From: Octopus vulgaris
Taxonomy: Eukaryota
NCBI GenBank assembly: GCA_951406725.2
Contig: OX597818.1
Coordinates: 59,520,001-59,584,000, forward strand
DNA: 64,000 nucleotides
Reading direction: 5' to 3'
The position numbers were made by a program, and so were the translations under genes. Shown here in pieces: positions 27,420 through 39,678 of the stretch (position 1 is its first letter; every line of letters starts with the position of its first letter). The notes beneath the pieces were generated by a model. That model worked only from the letters and a program-made list of their open reading frames with translations, ran no database searches and was not told the DNA's origin.

Positions 27420-27770
27420 TCATGTACATGTATCTTTAATTTTGTATTTTTTTCTTGTATGTATTTTTTGTGCAGTTCTTTGTTACGTCCCTTTTTGTGT
27501 TACATTTTTTCTTGCTCATTTACCCCTCTACGAATTTATTTTATTTCTGTCTCTGCCTTCGAAACACGTGTCTGCTAGCGACAGCTGATGAAGGGGATTT
27601 TTCCTTGTGTAGCATGTCCTGTACTTCGTTTTTCTGCTGCACATAATTGTTTTTCCCGTTTTCGTTTTCGTTTCGTCTTGTTCCACGTCTCTGTCCTTCT
27701 GTTGTAACAAAATGTCTTCTCCGTTTTCGTTCTGTTGATTTTTCGTCTTCTTGTGATGTCCTGTACGTAT
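27420..27770. mobile_element. T-rich, TA-flanked element with hammerhead-like halves
   Basis: CCTTCGAAACACGTGTC..ACAGCTGATGAAGG at 27557-27593, between TA tracts. Confidence 0.4.
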
Positions 27771-27894
27771 ATATATATTTATATATGCATGTATATATTA
27801 CATGTAGATGTCGGTACGTACATATATGTTTGTATGTATGCATATATTTTATTTATTACACTATATATATATATCTGTGTGTGTGTGTATTACG

Positions 27895-29410
27895 TTTATA
27901 TATTCGTTTAGCAAGATTCTTGATGTGAATCCGTGTTTTGAAACAGTATTGCATTTGGGGATGGTCATGATGCCTGTTTAGCCAATAAAACACTCGCACT
28001 ATGTATTTGGTGTAAATTTGCTTCAGCTTTATTTATTTTTACGTTAATCGTATTTCGGCCAGAGTTTATTCATCACACTTCTGTGGACCTCATCACTGGT
28101 CCTTTGCTTTCTTCTTTCTTATTTGTGTGTCTTTCCTTACTAACGATCAATCATTTTATATTTTGTATTCCTATTGTATGTGTCTTGATTTGCGCATGCG
28201 TATACTCCTATGTGTGTCTATGTTTAGTAAGTGTGTGTGTGGAGGAGTGTCTGTATTATCTGTATCCCCTGTTTATACGCGTTCGTTTAATTTGTTTTTA
28301 TTTATTTTGTTCGTGTGTTTATACCTACTTATTTTTTTCTATGCGTTCTTTTTTTGTATTTAATTTAATTTAATTTTCTTAACGAGTATAGTTATTTAAT
28401 TCCATTTGTTTATCTGTGTAGTGTATTTTATTTTGTTCATATTGTTATCAGTTAATGGGGATCTTATTGTGAAAAAAGAGTGTGGTGTTTTGGGGGGTGC
28501 TAGTGTTCCATTCCAGTTTCCTATTCAGGCTAGTTTTATCTTCTATTATGTGTGTAACTTCTGTAATTGATCTAAAGGTTGCGTCTATTCTATGTGTGGA
28601 CAAGATTTCCACTTCTATGTTTTTGAGTGAGTCCCCGTGTTCCTGCTCGGCGTGCTGGTACAGAACCGATGAACTCTTCTCTTCCTTAAGTTCCCTCCAA
28701 TGCCCATTTATCCGCTCTCCTATGCTCCGTGCTGTTTCCCCTTCGTACGTCGTTCTCTTGTTACTGCATCGTCCCGCTGTACATCTTATACCATAGACTA
28801 CATATCTGGGTTTACAGTTTGTTTGTGGGATAAATCTACATATAGTACAGTTCCTACCAGTACAGGGGGTTCTACTAAAAGGACAGATTCTATAGATTAG
28901 GGATTTGATAGGATTGCCTAGCATTTCAACAACCTTAATTCTTAGCTTAATTTTGTCTAGGGCTCTTTCTGAAGCGGTACGCGAGTTCGCCTTTAGAGGT
29001 GATGTCAACGAACATGACACTCTGGTATTTGTGGCTATCATACCATGAGTTAGCCTTCCTTATTCTCTTCTTAGTTCTTTCAATAGTGTTCCATGACTTG
29101 CTCCTATAGAGTGGACAAATCCCATTCCTATCGTTACGTATGATAGTTTCGAATTTCCTCATGGCTCCTTTGTATACTCTGATCCTTTCTCTATGGCTGT
29201 AACCTGAGAACTGCATGCGGTTAACGAAATGTTGTATGTGTCTCTTTGACTCTATAGAGTCGCACATGCGGGGCACATTTCGCATTACTCTGATATATAT
29301 TGAATTTGGCATTGTACGCGATAGGTGAGTTCCGGTAGATCAGGTATTTGGGCTAAATATATAATGCATGTGTTTTATTGGCTAAACTGGCAAAATGACC
29401 GTCCCCAAAT

Positions 29411-29417
<7 letters not shown>
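27895..29417 (-). mobile_element. 5'-truncated Penelope-like element with inverted pseudo-LTR arrangement
   Basis: GIY-YIG ORF and A-rich 3'UTR on the minus strand. 27947-28010 is inverted at 29353-29416 (53/64 identity by eye). Followed by (TA)n. Confidence 0.85.
28448..29312 (-). pseudogene. Penelope-like RT C-terminus/linker plus Cys cluster plus GIY-YIG endonuclease, frameshifted near 28970
   Basis: FVNRMQFSGYS..PLYRSKSW..VMFVDITSKGELA / IKVVE..CTGRNCTIC..NC..VVYGIRC..C..YEGETARSIGERINGH..LYQHAEQEH..EVTHI..LNRKLEW. Confidence 0.9.
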
Positions 29418-29450
<33 letters not shown>

Positions 29451-29454
<4 letters not shown>

Positions 29455-29875
29455 AAAGAAAAACAGAAATGGAGTTAAATGGAGGTGTTGTTCAAATCTT
29501 TATAATTCCAACATAATTCCAAATAATACGTTGGTATTATTCCAGAGGGAATAACATGATGTAAAACAATGCGATCATCTTGTCAGGGAAAGAAAGAGAA
29601 ACAACTTCTATAAGAAAATCGCATTGTTTTACATCATTTTATTACCTCTGGAATAATACCAATGTTTTCTTCGAAACATATGTCGGAAGTATAAAGATTT
29701 GAATAACCCCTGCGTTTAACTCCATTTCTTTCGTTTTCTGTTATACAAAAACCATTTCACTAAACCCTGGAATTTCTACCTTTTAAGTAGACTGTAACAT
29801 CCTTGGTAAATATGTGATTTTTTGCTACCCTGGTAACTAAATTTTTTCGTGTTATTTGTACACAATGAAAAAATA
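29451..29875 (+). mobile_element. Asymmetric hairpin element (arms ~29452-29581 / 29612-29745, unpaired extension 29746-29875)
   Basis: Arms pair by eye, e.g. GAAATGGAGTTAAA/TTTAACTCCATTTC and TTGGTATTATTCCAGAGG/CCTCTGGAATAATACCAA. Microsatellite on both sides. Confidence 0.85.
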
Positions 29876-30668
29876 CACACACACACACACATATATATTA
29901 TGTTATTCTTTAATAGAATCTGCTGTGTATTAGCTAACTGCAGGCTAGTATTAACTGAGTGTTAGCAGGCTGCAGGCGATGTGAAGAACATATATGTATA
30001 CAGAGGGTATTAGCTTGTCTATTTATACGACATATTCTTGGTTAGGAGATAATAACATCGGAAATATTTTTATTTGGTCTCAACTTTAGTAATCACTCTT
30101 GATTAATACCCTTCGTTAAGCAAGAAGATACATGGTATATGATTTCAAAATTTATTGAGTAGAGCAGTTCTATCGGAACATGTGCATCACCGGGTGCGTT
30201 GTACTACGCAATTTTTTCTATTTCTCATTCATCTAACAGAATCCGATTTCATTGGGAAAAGTTCTTTTTGCAATATTTATGACGATAGTATCTGCTCGAT
30301 CATAACTGGAGAGTATGTTAACGAAGCACCACAAATGTTCAGTTACATGATAAAAATCAGTGGATGCATTTTTTTTGGAGGGGGGGGTCTTTGCCCAAAA
30401 GATTTATCATATGGCCGAGGATAATTGTGCTTCAACTGTATTTTGAACATACACTTCGAGTACGGAATAATTACGAGTTTGATAAGATAACAATAATAGC
30501 GACGAAGAAAACTCCTCAATTAATGTGAAAATATTTATGACCCATTCTTCATTTTATAGCAGAGTGATGAAACTTAATTTGACAATCGATATAGCAGCAA
30601 CATTGATTGAAACAGCAACAACATTGAATGAAGCTCAGCAAATCACATTGGTATTCTATATCCATTAT

Positions 30669-30908
30669 AAGGCGGCGAGCTGGAAGAATCGTTAGCACCC
30701 CGGGCGAAATGCTTTGCGGTATTTCGTCTGCCGCTACGTTCTGAGCTCAAATTCCGCCGAGGTCAACTTTGCCTTTCATCCTTTCGGGGTCGATTAAATA
30801 AGTACCAGTTACACACTGGGGTCGATACAATCGACTTAATTCGTTTGTCTGTCCTTGTTTGTCCCCTCTGTGTTTAGCCCCTTGTGGGTAGTAAAGAAAT
30901 AGGTATTC
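30669..30908 (+). mobile_element. SINE A monomer
   Basis: Family A consensus, ending AAGAAATAGGTATT. Confidence 0.88.
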
Positions 30909-31814
30909 CATAACCATTTTTGCGATTGTGCCACAGTACACGAGTCCATAATTCGGTCGCCCGTCGTGTTAGATAGAGCTGCAAGATCTCTCACTAACCA
31001 CGTTCTACTACCTTTTTAAAATATGAACGCCTATTAAATAATCGTCCATTTTCAAGTAATAATATTTTTTTACTGAAAACAGCAATACTGTCACGGAGAG
31101 AATGCATTTGTACGTCTGATCCATCAGCACTGTCTATTGTTAAAAGATAACCGCACCAGCAGCAGCATCAAGAGTGATGACAGTCTGCTAATGTGTTTTA
31201 AGATCTGGTAGGATTGCCATAATATGTGACTTAATGGTGAAATCTTGTTTGCTATTAAGTAAAAAATGTTCACAAAATCAATGTTCTGAATTGTCAGTTA
31301 TAAGCATTGATCTTTCTATTCATTTTAATGATGATTCAAAGCAGTGAAATTATTAATGTGGGAAGCTTTAGGAATCGCCCTGCCTTCATATGTATACGTT
31401 ATACGCCGATCATAAAAATCCGTCAAGTGAATCGGCTCCACCATTCCACGATTTCATAGCTAACACATCCTTATATATTTATCGTTTCTTTTTTCTTTTA
31501 TTTCCGCTTTCCCGTGTTTCTATTATATTTTCTCTTCAATTCGTGCCTTTTAAATGACGGAAATCAATAGTGATGTAGACACTATTCTATGTTCAAAACA
31601 TCCTATATTAATAATATGGGGGGTTGTGATGTTTGGCCTCTCTTGGATTGTGTGTGTGTGTGTGGGGGGGATTTCCTATTATTTCTATCATTGGTGTATG
31701 ATTAAAAACTTCGCTTCTCAATCACGTGCCTTTCGGTTCGGTCGCAGAACACGCCACCTTGTCTTCTAATGTAGTTTCATACTGTTAGTGCTTTGGGAGA
31801 AAATCACTCTCTCC

Positions 31815-31847
<33 letters not shown>

Positions 31848-31853
<6 letters not shown>

Positions 31854-32156
31854 AGAAAAAGGGACAGGCAAAACAGGTTGCTTGACCGCATACCGAAAAA
31901 ATTGCATATGTGAATTACAGGGTCTGTCATTCCCGGAGTCCAACTTTGATAGAAATAAGCATTCTTGACTGCTATTTCTATTTTTTCGGTATGCGGTCAA
32001 GCAACCTGTTTTGCCTGTCCCTTTTTCTTATATACAATATATATACTGAACTTTACAGAAGTTCCTGCCGGTAATCGGCTATATTTACATACCGAATTCT
32101 ACCAGTAAATAATTGGGGTTTTTTAAAAGCCTTTATAGAAATTATTTACTCTTATC

Positions 32157-32160
<4 letters not shown>
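31848..32160 (+). mobile_element. Asymmetric hairpin element (perfect ~55-bp arms 31848-31902 / 31980-32035, extension to 32160)
   Basis: AAGAAAAAGGGACAGGCAAAACAGGTTGCTTGACCGCATACCGAAAAAA and its exact reverse complement. (TA)n at both ends. Confidence 0.9.
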
Positions 32161-32193
<33 letters not shown>

Positions 32194-32494
32194 GTATAAA
32201 AGGGAAGTTGACAAGTTGATAGAATTCTTGAAACGTCACGCACGCTGCTTTTCAGTATCAATTCTGGCTCTCTACGCTCTCAGTTCAAATCCTGCTTGTG
32301 TGAACTATACTTTTCAACCTTTGGGGTTGATGAAATAGTGTAATAGTGTACCAGTTCAGTACTGCTATTTACATCCTCCTTCTCTTAAAATTGTTAGTTT
32401 AGGACTAAACTAAGTGAAAATTATGTTTTCATTTCAGTAGGAGTCCTCTTTCTCCCAATAATGTCACAAACAATATTCAAAATAAGAAATATTT

Positions 32495-32840
32495 TTTCTA
32501 CTTTAGGCACAAGGCCCGAAACCTTTGGGGATGGGGCTGGTACTTAATTTATCCACCATGAAAGATAAAGTCAACCGCGACGGAATTTCAACTCAGAACA
32601 TAGCGGCAGACGAAATACCTATTTCTTTACTACCCGCAAGGTAGGACAAATGAGGACAGACAAGCGGATTAAGTCGATTATATCGTCCCCAGTGCGTAAC
32701 TGGTACTTATTTAATTGACCCCGAAAGGATGAAAGGCAAAGTCAACCTCTGCGGAATTTGAACTCAGAACGCAACGGTAGACCAAATACTGCAAAGCATT
32801 TCGCTCAGTGTGCTAAAATTTCTGCTAGCTCGCCGTCTTT
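32495..32840 (-). mobile_element. SINE A, 1.5-mer ending in an alternative (older-type) tail
   Basis: Second unit ends GGGCCTTGTGCCTAAAGTAGAAA. TSD AAAATAAGAAATATTT. Confidence 0.8.
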
Positions 32841-33059
32841 AAAATAAGAAATATTTTAAAGTTAAGGGGTGCGCTGTAGTCAACGTAATCGTCTTACCCC
32901 CACCCCGAACATGTTATGCAAAATTTAAGAACAATCTTCCGAAGTATAAAAGATGAAGAATATCCATCGAAACGTGACCGTCTTTCTTCTTTATAAGGTT
33001 CATATGAAACCAGAAATTTATTTATATGTTAGGTATACTTTGTTCGGCATATTTCTCTG

Positions 33060-33430
33060 TGTAGATACAATTGCCCAGTGGTTACGGCAGCGGAATCGCG
33101 TTCATAGGATCGCGGTTTCGATTCCGGGCGTTGTTAGTGTTTATTGAGCGAAAACACCTAAATGTCTGTGGGGCTCCGGCAGTGGGGGTTGTGAAGCCTG
33201 CTGTACTTTTCATCACAACTTTCTCTCTCTCTTTCTTCCTGTTTCTGTTGTACATGTATTTCAAAGAGCCAGCCTTGTCACACCCTGCGTCACGCTGAAT
33301 CTCCTCGAGGGCTACGTTAAGGGTACGCGTGTCTGTGGAGTGCTCAGCCACTTGCACGTTAATTTCCCGAGCAGGTTGTTCCGTCGTTCGGATCAAGTGG
33401 AACCCACGTCGTCGTAACCGACTGAGTGTC
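33060..33430 (+). mobile_element. SINE C plus tail 1
   Basis: Family C consensus. Confidence 0.85.
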
Positions 33431-33578
33431 ACAATATTTCTATATGTGGCACTCCATCAGCACGTATCTGAAGAGAGTTAACATTTATTTAGATTACAAA
33501 ATCAGCCAACAGGAGTTGTACACGCAGCATAGAGCTACACAAAACATGAAACACTGCGCTAAAATGATGATACAAATA

Positions 33579-33998
33579 TATATTTCTTTACTGCCCACAA
33601 GGGGCTAAACACAGAGAGAACAAACAAGGACAGACAAACGGATTAGGTCGATTACATTAACCCCAGCGCGAAACTGGTACTTAATTTATCAACCCCGAAA
33701 GGATGAAAGGCAAAGTCGACCTCGGCGAAATTTGAACTCAGAACATAACTGCAGACGAAATACCTATTTCTTTACTGCCCACAAGGGGCTAAACACAGAG
33801 GGGACGAACAAGGACAGACAAACGGATTAAGTTGATTATATCGACTCCAGAGAGTAACTGGTTCTTAATTTATCGACCCCGAAAGGATGAAAGGCAAAGT
33901 CGACATCGCCGGAATTTGAGCTCAGTACGTAAGGACAGACGAAATATCGCCAGGCATTTTGGCCGGCGCGCTAACGTTTCTGCCAGCTCGCCGCCCTT
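33579..33998 (-). mobile_element. SINE A dimer
   Basis: TSD ATGATACAAATA. Confidence 0.88.
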
Positions 33999-35793
33999 CA
34001 TGATACAAATAGCACTGGCAAGGAATAATATAGTTTGATAAGAAGCAAACGGATTTATCTGACGCCTCAAAAGCTTCATCTGCGACAATGACTCCTGCTT
34101 CGATCGAAGTTTGAAACCTGAGACTCAAACGCATAATTCTGATTTTTTCCGTGAGAAATATATTCTGCCTAACCCTTTAAGAGTGAAAATAATAAACCGG
34201 AGTTTTCGTTCTGAAACCTTGTTCCTCAGCGTTCTTCAGTTTAAATGTCTTCCGTGTTTGTAAATCCTTTGTTGTGCAACTCCAAAAATTTCAATAACCT
34301 CATTCATAGCAACATCGATTTACAATTGATAATCAATATGAACAACTGTTGTCGTTTCATTACAAACAATCTGACATGTAGTTTTTCAAGTCCTTCAAAA
34401 ATGTCAACAAATTCAGGGCGGAACTTTTACCGCACAACTTTCATATTTCTCCCTCCCATCTTTTTGTTTCGAGGTCCCTTTTTTTTTTTACTACTTTATA
34501 TTTTACATCACCTAAGACATTGAATGGTTTTCATATAGTTTTTTTTTTGGGGGGGGGGACTTTTTTCTTTTAAGTATTGAACCTTTTTTTCCTTCATCAA
34601 TAGGATTTCGTAGCTGATCAAATATGTATCGAAGTCAATATGCTTTTAATAACGACTTGGTCATCTGTTTGCAAAAGTGACAGATTTGGCAGCAAAACTC
34701 ATTAACTGAACAATTCTGTTGAAGATGCTATGGCGATTCTGGGTGACAAGGGGCAAAATCTACGATCAATAATATGTGAACGAGAACAGTTTTGACTTCA
34801 CAATATATAATAATAATAATAATAATAATTATTATTATTATTATTATTATTATCATTTTTATTATCATTAGTATTATCATCATCATCATCATCATTATTT
34901 TTATAAACCGATCTCCGAACAGGTATGCAGCAGGCCAGGCTATTTCTATCCCCCTTCTTTTGTGAACTGGATTATCGCATTTATATTGTATTTTTAGGGT
35001 TTTCGACACGATCCACAAACATTGATTTTACGTTACACCTTCACACATGCATTGCCTTCAAACAATGGCGGTACTTGATCTTTAGCTACTTTAAAACATA
35101 ATATCGCTGTCTCTGTTGCTCTTTTTTCCCCGTTTCCTTTTGTTTTACCGTGTGGATTCTTGCTGTCAGGTACTTAACGAATACATGACTTTCGTTTACT
35201 TTAACCGTGTTCTTCTATTATTTCTTCAGGCTGTTTTGGGAGTAAAACTGTTATTTCAATATCAACGCCCGCTGGTTCTCATGCCCTGTTACATTATCTT
35301 AATTCCTATATCCCTACGACATGCATTGCTTGTGGTAAACGTTACGTCATTCGCTGCATTCTTGGCGTAGCCATCTTAGATAAAATTGGTAACAATTCGC
35401 CTAATAAACTGCAGTTATCATTGTGTTCAAACATTGAAAGATACGAGGAACAATGCTGCTCACTTCTTTATTTCGTACCTTCTGAAAACGAAAAATTTCT
35501 CACATGAAATTTCATTCAAGCATTGTTTATATTTACAAAAATCTGACATATAGCGCGTTGACCTGAAGAAAATTTCGAGGTCTTTGTCCAGTTATGTCAT
35601 CGCACTTCGCTTCTAAAGTAATTTCGTGTATCTTGAATTGGTCATTATGCCTATAAATAAGACATGCACTGATTCTAAGTAATTTCTTTAATGTTTATTA
35701 GTCAATTAGTAACCTATTCAACCAATTAACTAACCGATCTTTAGATAATGCTTTCGTTTAATCAATCACCGGGTTTTTAATATAATGAAAGGT

Positions 35794-36175
35794 GGAGGCG
35801 CAATGGCCCAGTGGTTATGGCAGCGGACTCGCGGTCATAGGATCGCGGTTTCGATCCCCAGACCGGGCGTTGTGAGTGTTTATTGAGCGAAAACACCTAA
35901 AAGCTCCACGAGGCTCCGGCAGGGGATGGTGGTGATCCCTGCTGTACTATTTCACCACAACTTTCTCTCACTCTTACTTCCTGTTTCTGCTGTACCTGTA
36001 TTTCAAGGGGCCAGCCTTGTCACTCTCTGTGTCACGCTGAATATCCCCGAGAACTACGTTAAGGGTGCACGTGTCTGTGGAGTGCTCAGCTACTTATACG
36101 TTAATTTCACGAGCAGGCTGTTCCGTTGATTCGGATCAACCGGAACCCTCGTCGTCGTAACCGATGGAGTGCTTG
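35794..36175 (+). mobile_element. SINE C plus tail 1, full length
   Basis: GGAGGCGCAATGGCCCAGTGG..TAACCGATGGAGTGC. 16-bp TSD TAATATAATGAAAGGT. Confidence 0.92.
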
Positions 36176-36437
36176 CATAATATAATGAAAGGTATTGATG
36201 GCTACAATGAAAGGACACAAGGAAAGACTAGTAATCCTTCGCGTTTGTCACTTCATAGCAAAATGCCCTCAGCCCCATCCGCTGCATTAAGAACTTGCAC
36301 GGTTTGCAATAGGATTATAGCAAGAAATGTGGGCATAATTAAATAATCTACAGAAATTACTGCTAAAGTATTATTAAGGAGCATCTAGGTACTCAACTGT
36401 GCAAAATCACTAATTTTTGTGATTATATATAAGTACT

Positions 36438-36712
36438 GTGGAGGCGCAATGACCCTGTGGTTAGGGCAGCGGATTCGCGGTTACAGGATCGTGGTTTCGA
36501 TTCCCAGACCGGGCGTTGTGAGTGTTTATTGAGCGAAAATACCTAAAGCTCCACGAGGCTCCGGCAGGGGGGGGGATCCCTGCTGTATTCTTTCGCCACA
36601 ACTTTCTCTCACTCTTTCTTCTGTTGACCTGCTCGCTTAGCGAAGCGCATTGTGACCAGCGATGTGTAGCAGCATCTGATAGCCTGGTCGGTCACGGGGA
36701 TCACACTGATAT
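36438..36712 (+). mobile_element. SINE C plus tail 2 (internal deletion)
   Basis: Lacks the ~35-bp CAGCGGGGTGGCGTCATTTGAAGG segment seen in the copy at 44070. Confidence 0.85.
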
Positions 36713-36913
36713 AGGTACTAGCTATGTTTAGAGACAGATTAAGTTAAATTTTATCTTTGGTGGATACAAAACATCAGTAATTGTTCATGTTGATCCAATT
36801 TTCTATATCCTGAGAGGAAGGAAAAGACATTTATTTATTTATCCTTGTCTAGGTTTGCTACACTACAACGATAGTTATGGCTGCGCAAACAATTCGTGGT
36901 ATTTCCACCAAGC

Positions 36914-37336
36914 AAGGCGGCGAGCTGGAAGAAACGTTAGCACGCCGGGCGAAATGCTTAGCGGTATTTCGTCTGCCGTTACGTTGTGAGTTCAAATTCC
37001 GCCGAGGTCGACTTTGCCTTTCATCCTTTTGGGGTCGATAAATTAAGCACCAGTTACGCACTGGGGTCGATGTAATCGACTTAATACCTATGTCTGTCCT
37101 TGTTTGTCTCCTCTGTGTTTAGCCCCTTGTGGGTAATAAAGAAATAGGTATTTCGTCTGCGTTACGTTGTGAGTTCAAATTCCGCCGAGGTCGACTTTGC
37201 CTTTAATTCTTTCGGGATCGATAAATTAAGTACCAGTTACGCACTGGGGTTGGTGTAATCGACTTAATACCTATGTCTGTCCTTGTTTGTCCCCTCTGTG
37301 TTTAGCCCCTTGTGGATAATAAAGAAATAGGTATTT
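36914..37336 (+). mobile_element. SINE A dimer
   Basis: TSD CACCAAGCAA. Confidence 0.9.
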
Positions 37337-37910
37337 GCACCAAGCAACTGGAATCTCAAAGATGATTTCTCTCCATTATGTATTTCGTTGACTCATAAGA
37401 ATGTGTCTATGTATGTGTGTCTGTGTGAGGTGCCTATGCGTGTGGTGTAAAATAAAAATATTTTACCAATAATTAAGGCTACCTCACTGCGTGCATGTGT
37501 GTTTGTGTGTGCATGATGAGTTAAAAAGTATTATGCCCAAAATTAAGGCTTTGTTCAGTCAATCTTAGAGTAACTGAATAATCGCTAATATGTAGATAGA
37601 GAACAGAGAAAGAGATACAAACATCAAGTTGCTAATACGCTGTGGAAATGCAGCATTCTTTCAATGAATGTGGGGAAATCTCGTTGCGGATTGAAGCGGA
37701 CGGTAGAGAAACCGTTGAGATAATGTGTCGTTAATGACTCGACTAAACCGTGGGCCAGATTATAGTTTAGTTTTAATTACAACTCATAGTCTTCTATCAA
37801 AATCTATAAATTATTTCTTTATGTTTGTATGTCCAATATTCATACTAACTGGACTTACACACATATGTCTGTATATGTATGCGTTTGTGTGAGTGAGTTG
37901 AAATATACTA

Positions 37911-38255
37911 CGGCACTCTGTCGGTTACGAAGACGAGGGTTCCAGTTGATCCAATCAACGGAACAGCCTGCTCGTGGTAAATAACTTGCAAGTGGCTAAA
38001 CACTCCACAGACACGTAGTTTTCGGGGATACTCGGAGTTTGGTAAGGGTCGGCCTTTGAAATACAGGTACAACAGAAATAGGAAGACAGAGTGAGAGAAA
38101 GAGTACAGAAGCGTTCGCTACCAGTGCCTGCCGAAGCCTCGTAGAGCTTTAAGTGTTTTTGCTCAATAAACATTCACAACGCCCGGTCTGGGAATCGAAA
38201 CCGTGATCCTATGAGCGCGTGTCCGCTCTCCTGACCACTGGGACGTTGCGACTCC
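37911..38255 (-). mobile_element. SINE C plus tail 1 (diverged)
   Basis: Family C consensus with deletions. Confidence 0.8.
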
Positions 38256-38376
38256 ACTAGTTGATATATAGTCATACATTGTAAGTACTTTCAGTAAGAA
38301 ATTGCTATATATGTGACTTGTAACTTCGAAGACACTTATTCTTGATTGTAGTTCACAATAGTATTTCGGAGAGACA

Positions 38377-38605
38377 AGGAGTTTGGTAAGGGTCGGCCTT
38401 TGAAATACAGGTACAACAGAAATAGGAAGACAGAGTGAGAGAAAGAGTACAGCAGCGTTCGCTACTAGTGCCAGGCTATCAGATGCTGCTACACATCGCT
38501 GGTCACAATGCGCTTCGCTAAGCGAGCAGGTCAACAGAAGAAAGAGTGAGAGCAAGTTGTGGCGAAAGAATACAGCAGGGATCACCACCATCCCCTGCCG
38601 GAGCA
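38377..38605 (-). mobile_element. Chimeric SINE C fragment (tail 2 piece joined to tail 1 piece)
   Basis: 38377-38472 is a near copy of 38033-38130. 38473-38605 is an inverted near copy of 36557-36688. Confidence 0.75.
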
Positions 38606-39233
38606 TCTCTTCATAATATGTGTTCACGCATCTGCCCCTGTGATTAGCCTATCTCAGTGTACATACTTTAAAAATTTGGGCTGCCTTTAACTATTTTATC
38701 ATGCATTTTGATTCCCGCCATGTGCATATATCATAATGCAAGCATCGCCCTACTATCTGTTATATCCAAATCTGCCACAGCTATTGACATCTTTTTTTTA
38801 CAAAGATTGGAAAACTAAGGGAACAGAAAACATTATGATTGCATTTACTTTATCTTTGGTTTTTTTTTTTTTTACTTCTTATAGCATCGCTTTAAATCGG
38901 TGCAATCAGAGTGGATCCGGTGTTAAATTAGATTCCTTTGTGAACTTATAAAATTCTCCAAAGCTGATTTCTGCATCGTGAACCTAGTTAGATAAGATCT
39001 AACATATTTAATGGAGCGGCGCTTTAAATGCATAACGAAATGGAAAGTTTCAAACATCAAGAACAGTTCTTGTCAAAGCAGGCAAGAACGAAAACTCGGT
39101 AATTTAAATTTATTAAAAATCAAACGGAGATCTGCATGAATGGATCGAAAGATGAATATTGAGCAGGAACAATATTGCAGCAGAATTCATATGTTACTGA
39201 TTATGAAATCATTATTAGAAATTTGTAGAATAA

Positions 39234-39678
39234 GGCGTAGGAGTGGCTGTGTGGTAAGTAGATTGCTTACGATCGACATGGCTCCCGGTTCAGTCCCACT
39301 GCGTGGCACCTTGGGCAAGTGTCTTCTACTATAGCCTCGGGCCGCCCAAATCCTTGTGAGTGGATTTGGTAGACGGAAACTGAAAGAAGCCTGTCGTATG
39401 TATATATATGTATATATATGTGTGTGTATGCATGTATATGTGTGTGTATATGTTTGTGTGTCTGTGTTTGTCCCCCACCAACATCGCTTGACAACTGATG
39501 CTGGTGTGTTTACGTCCCCGTAACTTAGCGGTTCGGCAAAAAGAGACCGATAGAATAAGTACTAGACTTACAAAAATAAGTCCTGGGGTAGGTTTGCTCG
39601 ACTAAAGGCAGTGCTCCAGCATGGCCACAGTCAAATGACTGAAACAAATAAGAGAGAGTCAAAGAGAGTAAGAGTAAG
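39234..39678 (+). mobile_element. SINE B, full length
   Basis: Family B consensus. Confidence 0.9.

Noticed and set aside
35794-35866. tRNA gene
   Set aside because: The tRNA-like sequence continues into a repeated SINE body with a TSD, so it is a SINE head (same for the other copies).
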